Of a stretch of DNA of 64,000 nucleotides, positions 27,401-41,000 are shown piece by piece (the first letter of the stretch is position 1; each line of letters starts with the position of its first letter). The notes under the pieces are model-generated. The model had not been told where the DNA came from. It saw only the letters and a program-made list of their open reading frames with translations, and made no database searches. The position numbers and the translations under genes are program-made. The stretch is from contig CAXKVF010000072.1 in the NCBI GenBank assembly GCA_964057225.1, forward strand, positions 248,001-312,000, read 5' to 3'. This DNA comes from Auanema rhodensis (lineage: Eukaryota > Animalia > Nematoda).

Positions 27401-30400
27401 ACGTGTACATTTAATTAGCATAAATTAAAGTTCACGTAAATTTCAAAGTCATGGTTACCATGAAGCAATATCAATAAAAATTTGTTTTTAGACTAATATG
27501 GACATGGGGAATCTAATTTTGAAAACCGTATCTCTTTATCTTTCACGTGAAGCGAGTTACATACCAAGTGCACATCACGTGTACATTTAATTAGCATAAA
27601 TTAAAGTTCACGTAAATTTCAAAGTCATGGTTACCATGAAGCAATATCAATAAAAATTTGTTTTTAGACTAATATGGACATGGGGAATCTAATTTTGAAA
27701 ACCGCATCTCTTTATCTTTCACGTGAAGCGAGTTACATACCAAGTGCACATCACGTGTACATTTAATTAGCATAAATTAAAGTTCACGTAAATTTCAAAG
27801 TCATGGTTACCATGAACCAATATCAATAAAAATTTGTTTTTAGACTAATATGGACATGGGGAATCTAATTTTGAAAACCGCATCTCTTTATCTTTCACGT
27901 GAAGCGAGTTACATACCAAGTGCACATCACGTGTACATTTAATTAGCATAAATTAAAGTTCACGTAAATTTCAAAGTCATGGTTACCATGAAGCAATATC
28001 AATAAAAATTTGTTTTTAGACTAATATGGACATGGGGAATCTAATTTTGAAAACCGCATCTCTTTATCTTTCACGTGAAGCGAGTTACATACCAAGTGCA
28101 CATCACGTGTACATTTAATTAGCATAAATTAAAGTTCACGTAAAATTCAAAGTCATGGTTACCATGCACCAATATCAATAAAAATTTGTTTTTAGACTAA
28201 TATGGACATGGGGAATCTAATTTTGAAAACCGCATCTCTTTATCTTTCACGTGAAGCGAGTTACATACCAAGTGCACATCACGTGTACATTTAATTAGCA
28301 TAAATTAAAGTTCACGTAAATTTCAAAGTCATGGTTACCATGCACCAATATCAATAAAAATTTGTTTTTAGACTAATATGGACATGGGGAATCTAATTTT
28401 GAAAACCGCATCTCTTTATCTTTCACGTGAAGCGAGTTACATACCAAGTGCACATCACGTGTACATTTAATTAGCATAAATTAAAGTTCACGTAAATTTC
28501 AAAGTCATGGTTACCATGCACCAATATCAATAAAAATTTGTTTTTAGACTAATATGGACATGGGGGATCTAATTTTGAAAACCGCATCTCTTTATCTTTC
28601 ACGTGAAGCGAGTTACATACCAAGTGCACATCACGTGTACATTTAATTAGCATAAATTAAAGTTCACGTAAATTTCAAAGTCATGGTTACCATGAACCAA
28701 TATCAATAAAAATTTGTTTTTAGACTAATATGGACATGGGTAATCTAATTTTGAAAACCGCATCTCTTTATCTTTCACGTGAAGCGAGTTACATACCAAG
28801 TGCACATCACGTGTACATTTAATTAGCATAAATTAAAGTTCACGTAAATTTCAAAGTCATGGTTACCATGCACCAATATCAATAAAAATTTGTTTTTAGA
28901 CTAATATGGACATGGGGAATCTAATTTTGAAAACCGCATCTCTTTATCTTTCACGTGAAGCGAGTTACATACCAAGTGCACATCACGTGTACATTTAATT
29001 AGCATAAATTAAAGTTCACGTAAATTTCAAAGTCATGGTTACCATGCACCAATATCAATAAAAATTTGTTTTTAGACTAATATGGACATGGGGAATCTAA
29101 TTTTGAAAACCGCATCTCTTTATCTTTCACGTGAAGCGAGTTACATACCAAGTGCACATCACGTGTACATTTAATTAGCATAAATTAAAGTTCACGTAAA
29201 TTTCAAAGTCATGGTTACCATGCACCAATATCAATAAAAATTTGTTTTTAGACTAATATGGACATGGGGAATCTAATTTTGAAAACCGCATCTCTTTATC
29301 TTTCACGTGAAGCGAGTTACATACCAAGTGCACATCACGTGTACATTTAATTAGCATAAATTAAAGTTCACGTAAATTTCAAAGTCATGGTTACCATGCA
29401 CCAATATCAATAAAAATTTGTTTTTAGACTAATATGGACATGGGGGATCTAATTTTGAAAACCGCATCTCTTTATCTTTCACGTGAAGCGAGTTACATAC
29501 CAAGTGCACATCACGTGTACATTTAATTAGCATAAATTAAAGTTCACGTAAATTTCAAAGTCATGGTTACCATGAACCAATATCAATAAAAATTTGTTTT
29601 TAGACTAATATGGACATGGGTAATCTAATTTTGAAAACCGCATCTCTTTATCTTTCACGTGAAGCGAGTTACATACCAAGTGCACATCACGTGTACATTT
29701 AATTAGCATAAATTAAAGTTCACGTAAATTTCAAAGTCATGGTTACCATGCACCAATATCAATAAAAATTTGTTTTTAGACTAATATGGACATGGGGAAT
29801 CTAATTTTGAAAACCGCATCTCTTTATCTTTCACGTGAAGCGAGTTACATACCAAGTGCACATCACGTGTACATTTAATTAGCATAAATTAAAGTTCACG
29901 TAAAATTCAAAGTCATGGTTACCATGCACCAATATCAATAAAAATTTGTTTTTAGACTAATATGGACATGGGGAATCTAATTTTGAAAACCGCATCTCTT
30001 TATCTTTCACGTGAAGCGAGTTACATACCAAGTGCACATCACGTGTACATTTAATTAGCATAAATTAAAGTTCACGTAAATTTCAAAGTCATGGTTACCA
30101 TGCACCAATATCAATAAAAATTTGTTTTTAGACTAATATGGACATGGGTAATCTAATTTTGAAAACCGCATCTCTTTATCTTTCACGTGAAGCGAGTTAC
30201 ATACCAAGTGCACATCACGTGTACATTTAATTAGCATAAATTAAAGTTCACGTAAATTTCAAAGTCATGGTTACCATGCACCAATATCAATAAAAATTTG
30301 TTTTTAGACTAATATGGACATGGGGAATCTAATTTTGAAAACCGCATCTCTTTATCTTTCACGTGAAGCGAGTTACATACCAAGTGCACATCACGTGTAC

Positions 30401-31328
30401 ATTTAATTAGCATAAATTAAAGTTCACGTAAAATTCAAAGTCATGGTTACCATGCACCAATATCAATAAAAATTTGTTTTTAGACTAATATGGACATGGG
30501 GAATCTAATTTTGAAAACCGCATCTCTTTATCTTTCACGTGAAGCGAGTTACATACCAAGTGCACATCACGTGTACATTTAATTAGCATAAATTAAAGTT
30601 CACGTAAATTTCAAAGTCATGGTTACCATGCACCAATATCAATAAAAATTTGTTTTTAGACTAATATGGACATGGGGAATCTAATTTTGAAAACCGCATC
30701 TCTTTATCTTTCACGTGAAGCGAGTTACATACCAAGTGCACATCACGTGTACATTTAATTAGCATAAATTAAAGTTCACGTAAATTTCAAAGTCATGGTT
30801 ACCATGAACCAATATCAATAAAAATTTGTTTTTAGACTAATATGGACATGGGGAATCTAATTTTGAAAACCGCATCTCTTTATCTTTCACGTGAAGCGAG
30901 TTACATACCAAGTGCACATCACGTGTACATTTAATTAGCATAAATTAAAGTTCACGTAAATTTCAAAGTCATGGTTACCATGCACCAATATCAATAAAAA
31001 TTTGTTTTTAGACTAATATGGACATGGGGAATCTAATTTTGAAAACCGCATCTCTTTATCTTTCACGTGAAGCGAGTTACATACCAAGTGCACATCACGT
31101 GTACATTTAATTAGCATAAATTAAAGTTCACGTAAAATTCAAAGTCATGGTTACCATGAACCAATATCAATAAAAATTTGTTTTTAGACTAATATGGACA
31201 TGAGGAATCTAATTTTGAAAACCGCATCTCTTTATCTTTCACGTGAAGCGAGTTACATACCAAGTGCACATCACGTGTACATTTAATTAGCATAAATTAA
31301 AGTTCACGTAAATTTCAAAGTCATGGTT
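23937..31328 (+). repeat. Intra-array block duplication, copy 2 (M137-M178)
   Basis: Offset 8624 bp (49 monomers) from copy 1 over 28 monomers, with one visible difference (p51A in M156 at 27281). The offset then becomes 53 monomers after a local expansion. Confidence 0.9.
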
Positions 31329-31680
31329 ACCATGAACCAATATCAATAAAAATTTGTTTTTAGACTAATATGGACATGGGGAATCTAATTTTGAAAACCG
31401 CATCTCTTCATCTTTCACGTGAAGCGAGTTACATACCAAGTGCACATCACGTGTACATTTAATTAGCATAAATTAAAGTTCACGTAAATTTCAAAGTCAT
31501 GGTTACCATGCACCAATATCAATAAAAATTTGTTTTTAGACTAATATGGACATGGGGAATCTAATTTTGAAAACCGCATCTCTTTATCTTTCACGTGAAG
31601 CGAGTTACATACCAAGTGCACATCACGTGTACATTTAATTAGCATAAATTAAAGTTCACGTAAAATTCAAAGTCATGGTT

Positions 31681-34600
31681 ACCATGAACCAATATCAATA
31701 AAAATTTGTTTTTAGACTAATATGGACATGGGGAATCTAATTTTGAAAACCGCATCTCTTTATCTTTCACGTGAAGCGAGTTACATACCAAGTGCACATC
31801 ACGTGTACATTTAATTAGCATAAATTAAAGTTCACGTAAAATTCAAAGTCATGGTTACCATGCACCAATATCAATAAAAATTTGTTTTTAGACTAATATG
31901 CACATGGGGAATCTAATTTTGAAAACCGCATCTCTTTATCTTTCACGTGAAGCGAGTTACATACCAAGTGCACATCACGTGTACATTTAATTAGCATAAA
32001 TTAAAGTTCACGTAAATTTCAAAGTCATGGTTACCATGCACCAATATCAATAAAAATTTGTTTTTAGACTAATATGGACATGGGGAATCTAATTTTGAAA
32101 ACCGCATCTCTTTATCTTTCACGTGAAGCGAGTTACATACCAAGTGCACATCACGTGTACATTTAATTAGCATAAATTAAAGTTCACGTAAATTTCAAAG
32201 TCATGGTTACCTTGCACCAATATCAATAAAAATTTGTTTTTAGACTAATATGGACATGGGGAATCTAATTTTGAAAACCGCATCTCTTTATCTTTCACGT
32301 GAAGCGAGTTACATACCAAGTGCACATCACGTGTACATTTAATTAGCATAAATTAAAGTTCACGTAAATTTCAAAGTCATGGTTACCATGAACCAATATC
32401 AATAAAAATTTGTTTTTAGACTAATATGGACATGGGGAATCTAATTTTGAAAACCGCATCTCTTCATCTTTCACGTGAAGCGAGTTACATACCAAGTGCA
32501 CATCACGTGTACATTTAATTAGCATAAATTAAAGTTCACGTAAATTTCAAAGTCATGGTTACCATGCACCAATATCAATAAAAATTTGTTTTAAGACTAA
32601 TATGGACATGGGGAATCTAATTTTGAAAACCGCATCTCTTTATCTTTCACGTGAAGCGAGTTACATACCAAGTGCACATCACGTGTACATTTAATTAGCA
32701 TAAATTAAAGTTCACGTAAAATTCAAAGTCATGGTTACCATGAACCAATATCAATAAAAATTTGTTTTTAGACTAATATGGACATGGGGAATCTAATTTT
32801 GAAAACCGCATCTCATTATCTTTCACGTGAAGCGAGTTACATACCAAGTGCACATCACGTGTACATTTAATTAGCATAAATTAAAGTTCACGTAAAATTC
32901 AAAGTCATGGTTACCATGCACCAATATCAATAAAAATTTGTTTTTAGACTAATATGGACATGGGGAATCTAATTTTGAAAACCGCATCTCTTTATCTTTC
33001 ACGTGAAGCGAGTTACATACCAAGTGCACATCACGTGTACATTTAATTAGCATAAATTAAAGTTCACGTAAATTTCAAAGTCATGGTTACCATGAACCAA
33101 TATCAATAAAAATTTGTTTTTAGACTAATATGGACATGGGGAATCTAATTTTGAAAACCGCATCTCTTTATCTTTCACGTGAAGCGAGTTACATACCAAG
33201 TGCACATCACGTGTACATTTAATTAGCATAAATTAAAGTTCACGTAAATTTCAAAGTCATGGTTACCATGAACCAATATCAATAAAAATTTGTTTTTAGA
33301 CTAATATGGACATGAGGAATCTAATTTTGAAAACCGCATCTCTTTATCTTTCACGTGAAGCGACTTACATACCAAGTGCACATCACGTGTACATTTAATT
33401 AGCATAAATTAAAGTTCACGTAAATTTCAAAGTCATGGTTACCATGAACCAATATCAATAAAAATTTGTTTTTAGACTAATATGGACATGTTGAATCTAA
33501 TTTTGAAAACCGCATCTCTTTATCTTTCACGTGAAGCGAGTTACATACCAAGTGCACATCACGTGTACATTTAATTAGCATAAATTAAAGTTCACGTAAA
33601 TTTCAAAGTCATGGTTACCATGAAGCAATATCAATAAAAATTTGTTTTTAGACTAATATGGACATGGGGAATCTAATTTTGAAAACCGCTTCTCTTTATC
33701 TTTCACGTGAAGCGAGTTACATACCAAGTGCACATCACGTGTACATTTAATTAGCATAAATTAAAGTTCACGTAAATTTCAAAGTCATGGTTACCATGAA
33801 GCAATATCAATAAAAATTTGTTTTTAGACTAATATGGACATGAAGAATCTAATTTTGAAAACCGCATCTCTTTATCTTTCACGTGAAGCGAGTTACATAC
33901 CAAGTGCACATCACGTGTACATTTAATTAGCATAAATTAAAGTTCACGTAAATTTCAAAGTCATGGTTACCATGAACCAATATCAATAAAAATTTGTTTT
34001 TAGACTAATATGGACATGGGGAATCTAATTTTGAAAACCGCATCTCTTTATCTTTCACGTGAAGCGAGTTACATACCAAGTGCACATCACGTGTACATTT
34101 AATTAGCATAAATTAAAGTTCACGTAAATTTCAAAGTCATGGTTACCATGAACCAATATCAATAAAAATTTGTTTTTAGACTAATATGGACATGGGTAAT
34201 CTAATTTTGAAAACCGCATCTCTTTATCTTTCACGTGAAGCGAGTTACATACCAAGTGCACATCACGTGTACATTTAATTAGCATAAATTAAAGTTCACG
34301 TAAATTTCAAAGTCATGGTTACCATGCACCAATATCAATAAAAATTTGTTTTTAGACTAATATGGACATGGGGAATCTAATTTTGAAAACCGCATCTCTT
34401 TATCTTTCACGTGAAGCGAGTTACATACCAAGTGCACATCACGTGTACATTTAATTAGCATAAATTAAAGTTCACGTAAATTTCAAAGTTATGGTTACCA
34501 TGCACCAATATCAATAAAAATTTGTTTTTAGACTAATATGGACATGGGGAATCTAATTTTGAAAACCGCATCTCTTTATCTTTCACGTGAAGCGAGTTAC

Positions 34601-37600
34601 ATACCAAGTGCACATCACGTGTACATTTAATTAGCATAAATTAAAGTTCACGTAAATTTCAAAGTCATAGTTACCATGAACCAATATCAATAAAAATTTG
34701 TTTTTAGACTAATATGGACATGGGGAATCTAATTTTGAAAACCGCATCTCTTTATCTTTCACGTGAAGCGAGTTACATACCAAGTACACATCACGTGTAC
34801 ATTTAATTAGCATAAATTAAAGTTCACGTAAATTTCAAAGTCATGGTTACCATGAACCAATATCAATAAAAATTTGTTTTTAGACTAATATGGACATGGG
34901 GAATCTAATTTTGAAAACCGCATCTCTTCATCTTTCACGTGAAGCGAGTTACATACCAAGTGCACATCACGTGTACATTTAATTAGCATAAATTAAAGTT
35001 CACGTAAATTTCAAAGTCATGGTTACCATGAACCAATATCAATAAAAATTTGTTTTTAGACTAATATGGACATGGGGAATCTAATTTTGAAAACCGCATC
35101 TCTTTATCTTTCACGTGAAGCGAGTTACATACCAAGTGCACATCACGTGTACATTTAATTAGCATAAATTAAAGTTCACGTAAAATTCAAAGTCATGGTT
35201 ACCATGCACCAATATCAATAAAAATTTGTTTTTAGACTAATATGCACATGGGGAATCTAATTTTGAAAACCGCATCTCTTTATCTTTCACGTGAAGCGAG
35301 TTACATACCAAGTGCACATCACGTGTACATTTAATTAGCATAAATTAAAGTTCACGTAAATTTCAAAGTCATGGTTACCATGCACCAATATCAATAAAAA
35401 TTTGTTTTTAGACTAATATGGACATGGGGAATCTAATTTTGAAAACCGCATCTCTTTATCTTTCACGTGAAGCGAGTTACATACCAAGTGCACATCACGT
35501 GTACATTTAATTAGCATAAATTAAAGTTCACGTAAATTTCAAAGTCATGGTTACCTTGCACCAATATCAATAAAAATTTGTTTTTAGACTAATATGGACA
35601 TGGGGAATCTAATTTTGAAAACCGCATCTCTTTATCTTTCACGTGAAGCGAGTTACATACCAAGTGCACATCACGTGTACATTTAATTAGCATAAATTAA
35701 AGTTCACGTAAATTTCAAAGTCATGGTTACCATGAACCAATATCAATAAAAATTTGTTTTTAGACTAATATGGACATGGGGAATCTAATTTTGAAAACCG
35801 CATCTCTTCATCTTTCACGTGAAGCGAGTTACATACCAAGTGCACATCACGTGTACATTTAATTAGCATAAATTAAAGTTCACGTAAATTTCAAAGTCAT
35901 GGTTACCATGCACCAATATCAATAAAAATTTGTTTTTAGACTAATATGGACATGGGGAATCTAATTTTGAAAACCGCATCTCTTTATCTTTCACGTGAAG
36001 CGAGTTACATACCAAGTGCACATCACGTGTACATTTAATTAGCATAAATTAAAGTTCACGTAAAATTCAAAGTCATGGTTACCATGAACCAATATCAATA
36101 AAAATTTGTTTTTAGACTAATATGGACATGGGGAATCTAATTTTGAAAACCGCATCTCTTTATCTTTCACGTGAAGCGAGTTACATACCAAGTGCACATC
36201 ACGTGTACATTTAATTAGCATAAATTAAAGTTCACGTAAAATTCAAAGTCATGGTTACCATGCACCAATATCAATAAAAATTTGTTTTTAGACTAATATG
36301 CACATGGGGAATCTAATTTTGAAAACCGCATCTCTTTATCTTTCACGTGAAGCGAGTTACATACCAAGTGCACATCACGTGTACATTTAATTAGCATAAA
36401 TTAAAGTTCACGTAAATTTCAAAGTCATGGTTACCATGCACCAATATCAATAAAAATTTGTTTTTAGACTAATATGGACATGGGGAATCTAATTTTGAAA
36501 ACCGCATCTCTTTATCTTTCACGTGAAGCGAGTTACATACCAAGTGCACATCACGTGTACATTTAATTAGCATAAATTAAAGTTCACGTAAATTTCAAAG
36601 TCATGGTTACCATGAACCAATATCAATAAAAATTTGTTTTTAGACTAATATGGACATGAGGAATCTAATTTTGAAAACCGCATCTCTTTATCTTTCACGT
36701 GAAGCGACTTACATACCAAGTGCACATCACGTGTACATTTAATTAGCATAAATTAAAGTTCACGTAAATTTCAAAGTCATGGTTACCATGAACCAATATC
36801 AATAAAAATTTGTTTTTAGACTAATATGGACATGTTGAATCTAATTTTGAAAACCGCATCTCTTTATCTTTCACGTGAAGCGAGTTACATACCAAGTGCA
36901 CATCACGTGTACATTTAATTAGCATAAATTAAAGTTCACGTAAATTTCAAAGTCATGGTTACCATGAAGCAATATCAATAAAAATTTGTTTTTAGACTAA
37001 TATGGACATGGGGAATCTAATTTTGAAAACCGCTTCTCTTTATCTTTCACGTGAAGCGAGTTACATACCAAGTGCACATCACGTGTACATTTAATTAGCA
37101 TAAATTAAAGTTCACGTAAATTTCAAAGTCATGGTTACCATGAAGCAATATCAATAAAAATTTGTTTTTAGACTAATATGGACATGAAGAATCTAATTTT
37201 GAAAACCGCATCTCTTTATCTTTCACGTGAAGCGAGTTACATACCAAGTGCACATCACGTGTACATTTAATTAGCATAAATTAAAGTTCACGTAAATTTC
37301 AAAGTCATGGTTACCATGAACCAATATCAATAAAAATTTGTTTTTAGACTAATATGGACATGGGGAATCTAATTTTGAAAACCGCATCTCTTTATCTTTC
37401 ACGTGAAGCGAGTTACATACCAAGTGCACATCACGTGTACATTTAATTAGCATAAATTAAAGTTCACGTAAATTTCAAAGTCATGGTTACCATGCACCAA
37501 TATCAATAAAAATTTGTTTTTAGACTAATATGGACATGGGGAATCTAATTTTGAAAACCGCATCTCTTTATCTTTCACGTGAAGCGAGTTACATACCAAG

Positions 37601-38016
37601 TGCACATCACGTGTACATTTAATTAGCATAAATTAAAGTTCACGTAAATTTCAAAGTTATGGTTACCATGCACCAATATCAATAAAAATTTGTTTTTAGA
37701 CTAATATGGACATGGGGAATCTAATTTTGAAAACCGCATCTCTTTATCTTTCACGTGAAGCGAGTTACATACCAAGTGCACATCACGTGTACATTTAATT
37801 AGCATAAATTAAAGTTCACGTAAATTTCAAAGTCATAGTTACCATGAACCAATATCAATAAAAATTTGTTTTTAGACTAATATGGACATGGGGAATCTAA
37901 TTTTGAAAACCGCATCTCTTTATCTTTCACGTGAAGCGAGTTACATACCAAGTACACATCACGTGTACATTTAATTAGCATAAATTAAAGTTCACGTAAA
38001 TTTCAAAGTCATGGTT
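31681..38016 (+). repeat. Tandem ~19-monomer (3344-bp) duplication
   Basis: Rare markers repeat at a 3344-bp offset: p4T (32209/35553), p51A+p100C (33265/36609), p51T52T (33441/36785). p173A and p114A follow at an 18-monomer offset (34497/37665; 34673/37841). Confidence 0.88.
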
Positions 38017-41000
38017 ACCATGAACCAATATCAATAAAAATTTGTTTTTAGACTAATATGGACATGGGTAATCTAATTTTGAAAACCGCATCTCTTTATC
38101 TTTCACGTGAAGCGAGTTACATACCAAGTGCACATCACGTGTACATTTAATTAGCATAAATTAAAGTTCACGTAAATTTCAAAGTCATGGTTACCATGCA
38201 CCAATATCAATAAAAATTTGTTTTTAGACTAATATGGACATGGGGAATCTAATTTTGAAAACCGCATCTCTTTATCTTTCACGTGAAGCGAGTTACATAC
38301 CAAGTGCACATCACGTGTACATTTAATTAGCATAAATTAAAGTTCACGTAAATTTCAAAGTCATGGTTACCATGAACCAATATCAATAAAAATTTGTTTT
38401 TAGACTAATATGGACATGGGGAATCTAATTTTGAAAACCGCATCTCTTTATCTTTCACGTGAAGCGAGTTACATACCAAGTGCACATCACGTGTACATTT
38501 AATTAGCATAAATTAAAGTTCACGTAAATTTCAAAGTCATGGTTACCATGCACCAATATCAATAAAAATTTGTTTTTAGACTAATATGGACATGGGGAAT
38601 CTAATTTTGAAAACCGCATCTCTTTATCTTTCACGTGAAGCGAGTTACATACCAAGTGCACATCACGTGTACATTTAATTAGCATAAATTAAAGTTCACG
38701 TAAATTTCAAAGTCATGGTTACCATGAACCAATATCAATAAAAATTTGTTTTTAGACTAATATGGACATGGGTAATCTAATTTTGAAAACCGCATCTCTT
38801 TATCTTTCACGTGAAGCGAGTTACATACCAAGTGCACATCACGTGTACATTTAATTAGCATAAATTAAAGTTCACGTAAATTTCAAAGTCATGGTTACCA
38901 TGCACCAATATCAATAAAAATTTGTTTTTAGACTAATATGGACATGGGGAATCTAATTTTGAAAACCGCATCTCTTTATCTTTCACGTGAAGCGAGTTAC
39001 ATACCAAGTGCACATCACGTGTACATTTAATTAGCATAAATTAAAGTTCACGTAAATTTCAAAGTCATGGTTACCATGAACCAATATCAATAAAAATTTG
39101 TTTTTAGACTAATATGGACATGGGGAATCTAATTTTGAAAACCGCATCTCTTTATCTTTCACGTGAAGCGAGTTACATACCAAGTGCACATCACGTGTAC
39201 ATTTAATTAGCATAAATTAAAGTTCACGTAAATTTCAAAGTCATGGTTACCATGCACCAATATCAATAAAAATTTGTTTTTAGACTAATATGGACATGGG
39301 GAATCTAATTTTGAAAACCGCATCTCTTTATCTTTCACGTGAAGCGAGTTACATACCAAGTGCACATCACGTGTACATTTAATTAGCATAAATTAAAGTT
39401 CACGTAAATTTCAAAGTCATGGTTACCATGAACCAATATCAATAAAAATTTGTTTTTAGACTAATATGGACATGAGGAATCTAATTTTGAAAACCGCATC
39501 TCTTTATCTTTCACGTGAAGCGAGTTACATACCAAGTGCACATCACGTGTACATTTAATTAGCATAAATTAAAGTTCACGTAAATTTCAAAGTCATGGTT
39601 ACCATGAACCAATATCAATAAAAATTTGTTTTTAGACTAATATGGACATGGGGAATCTAATTTTGAAAACCGCATCTCTTTATCTTTCACGTGAAGCGAG
39701 TTACATACCAAATGCACATCACGTGTACATTTAATTAGCATAAATTAAAGTTCACGTAAATTTCAAAGTCATGGTTACCATGAAGCAATATCAATAAAAA
39801 TTTGTTTTTAGACTAATATGGACATGGGGAATCTAATTTTGAAAACCGCTTCTCTTTATCTTTCACGTGAAGCGAGTTACATACCAAGTGCACATCACGT
39901 GTACATTTAATTAGCATAAATTAAAGTTCACGTAAATTTCAAAGTCATGGTTACCATGAAGCAATATCAATAAAAATTTGTTTTTAGACTAATATGGACA
40001 TGAAGAATCTAATTTTGAAAACCGCATCTCTTTATCTTTCACGTGAAGCGAGTTACATACCAAGTGCACATCACGTGTACATTTAATTAGCATAAATTAA
40101 AGTTCACGTAAATTTCAAAGTCATGGTTACCATGAACCAATATCAATAAAAATTTGTTTTTAGACTAATATGGACATGGGGAATCTAATTTTGAAAACCG
40201 CATCTCTTTATCTTTCACGTGAAGCGAGTTACATACCAAGTGCACATCACGTGTACATTTAATTAGCATAAATTAAAGTTCACGTAAATTTCAAAGTCAT
40301 GGTTACCATGCACCAATATCAATAAAAATTTGTTTTTAGACTAATATGGACATGGGGAATCTAATTTTGAAAACCGCATCTCTTTATCTTTCACGTGAAG
40401 CGAGTTACATACCAAGTGCACATCACGTGTACATTTAATTAGCATAAATTAAAGTTCACGTAAATTTCAAAGTCATGGTTACCATGAACCAATATCAATA
40501 AAAATTTGTTTTTAGACTAATATGGACATGAGGAATCTAATTTTGAAAACCGCATCTCTTTATCTTTCACGTGAAGCGAGTTACATACCAAGTGCACATC
40601 ACGTGTACATTTAATTAGCATAAATTAAAGTTCACGTAAATTTCAAAGTCATGGTTACCATGAACCAATATCAATAAAAATTTGTTTTTAGACTAATATG
40701 GACATGGGGAATCTAATTTTGAAAACCGCATCTCTTTATCTTTCACGTGAAGCGAGTTACATATCAAGTGCACATCACGTGTACATTTAATTAGCATAAA
40801 TTAAAGTTCACGTAAATTTCAAAGTCATGGTTACCATGAAGCAATATCAATAAAAATTTGTTTTTAGACTAATATGGACATGGGGAATCTAATTTTGAAA
40901 ACCGCTTCTCTTTATCTTTCACGTGAAGCGAGTTACATACCAAGTGCACATCACGTGTACATTTAATTAGCATAAATTAAAGTTCACGTAAATTTCAAAG

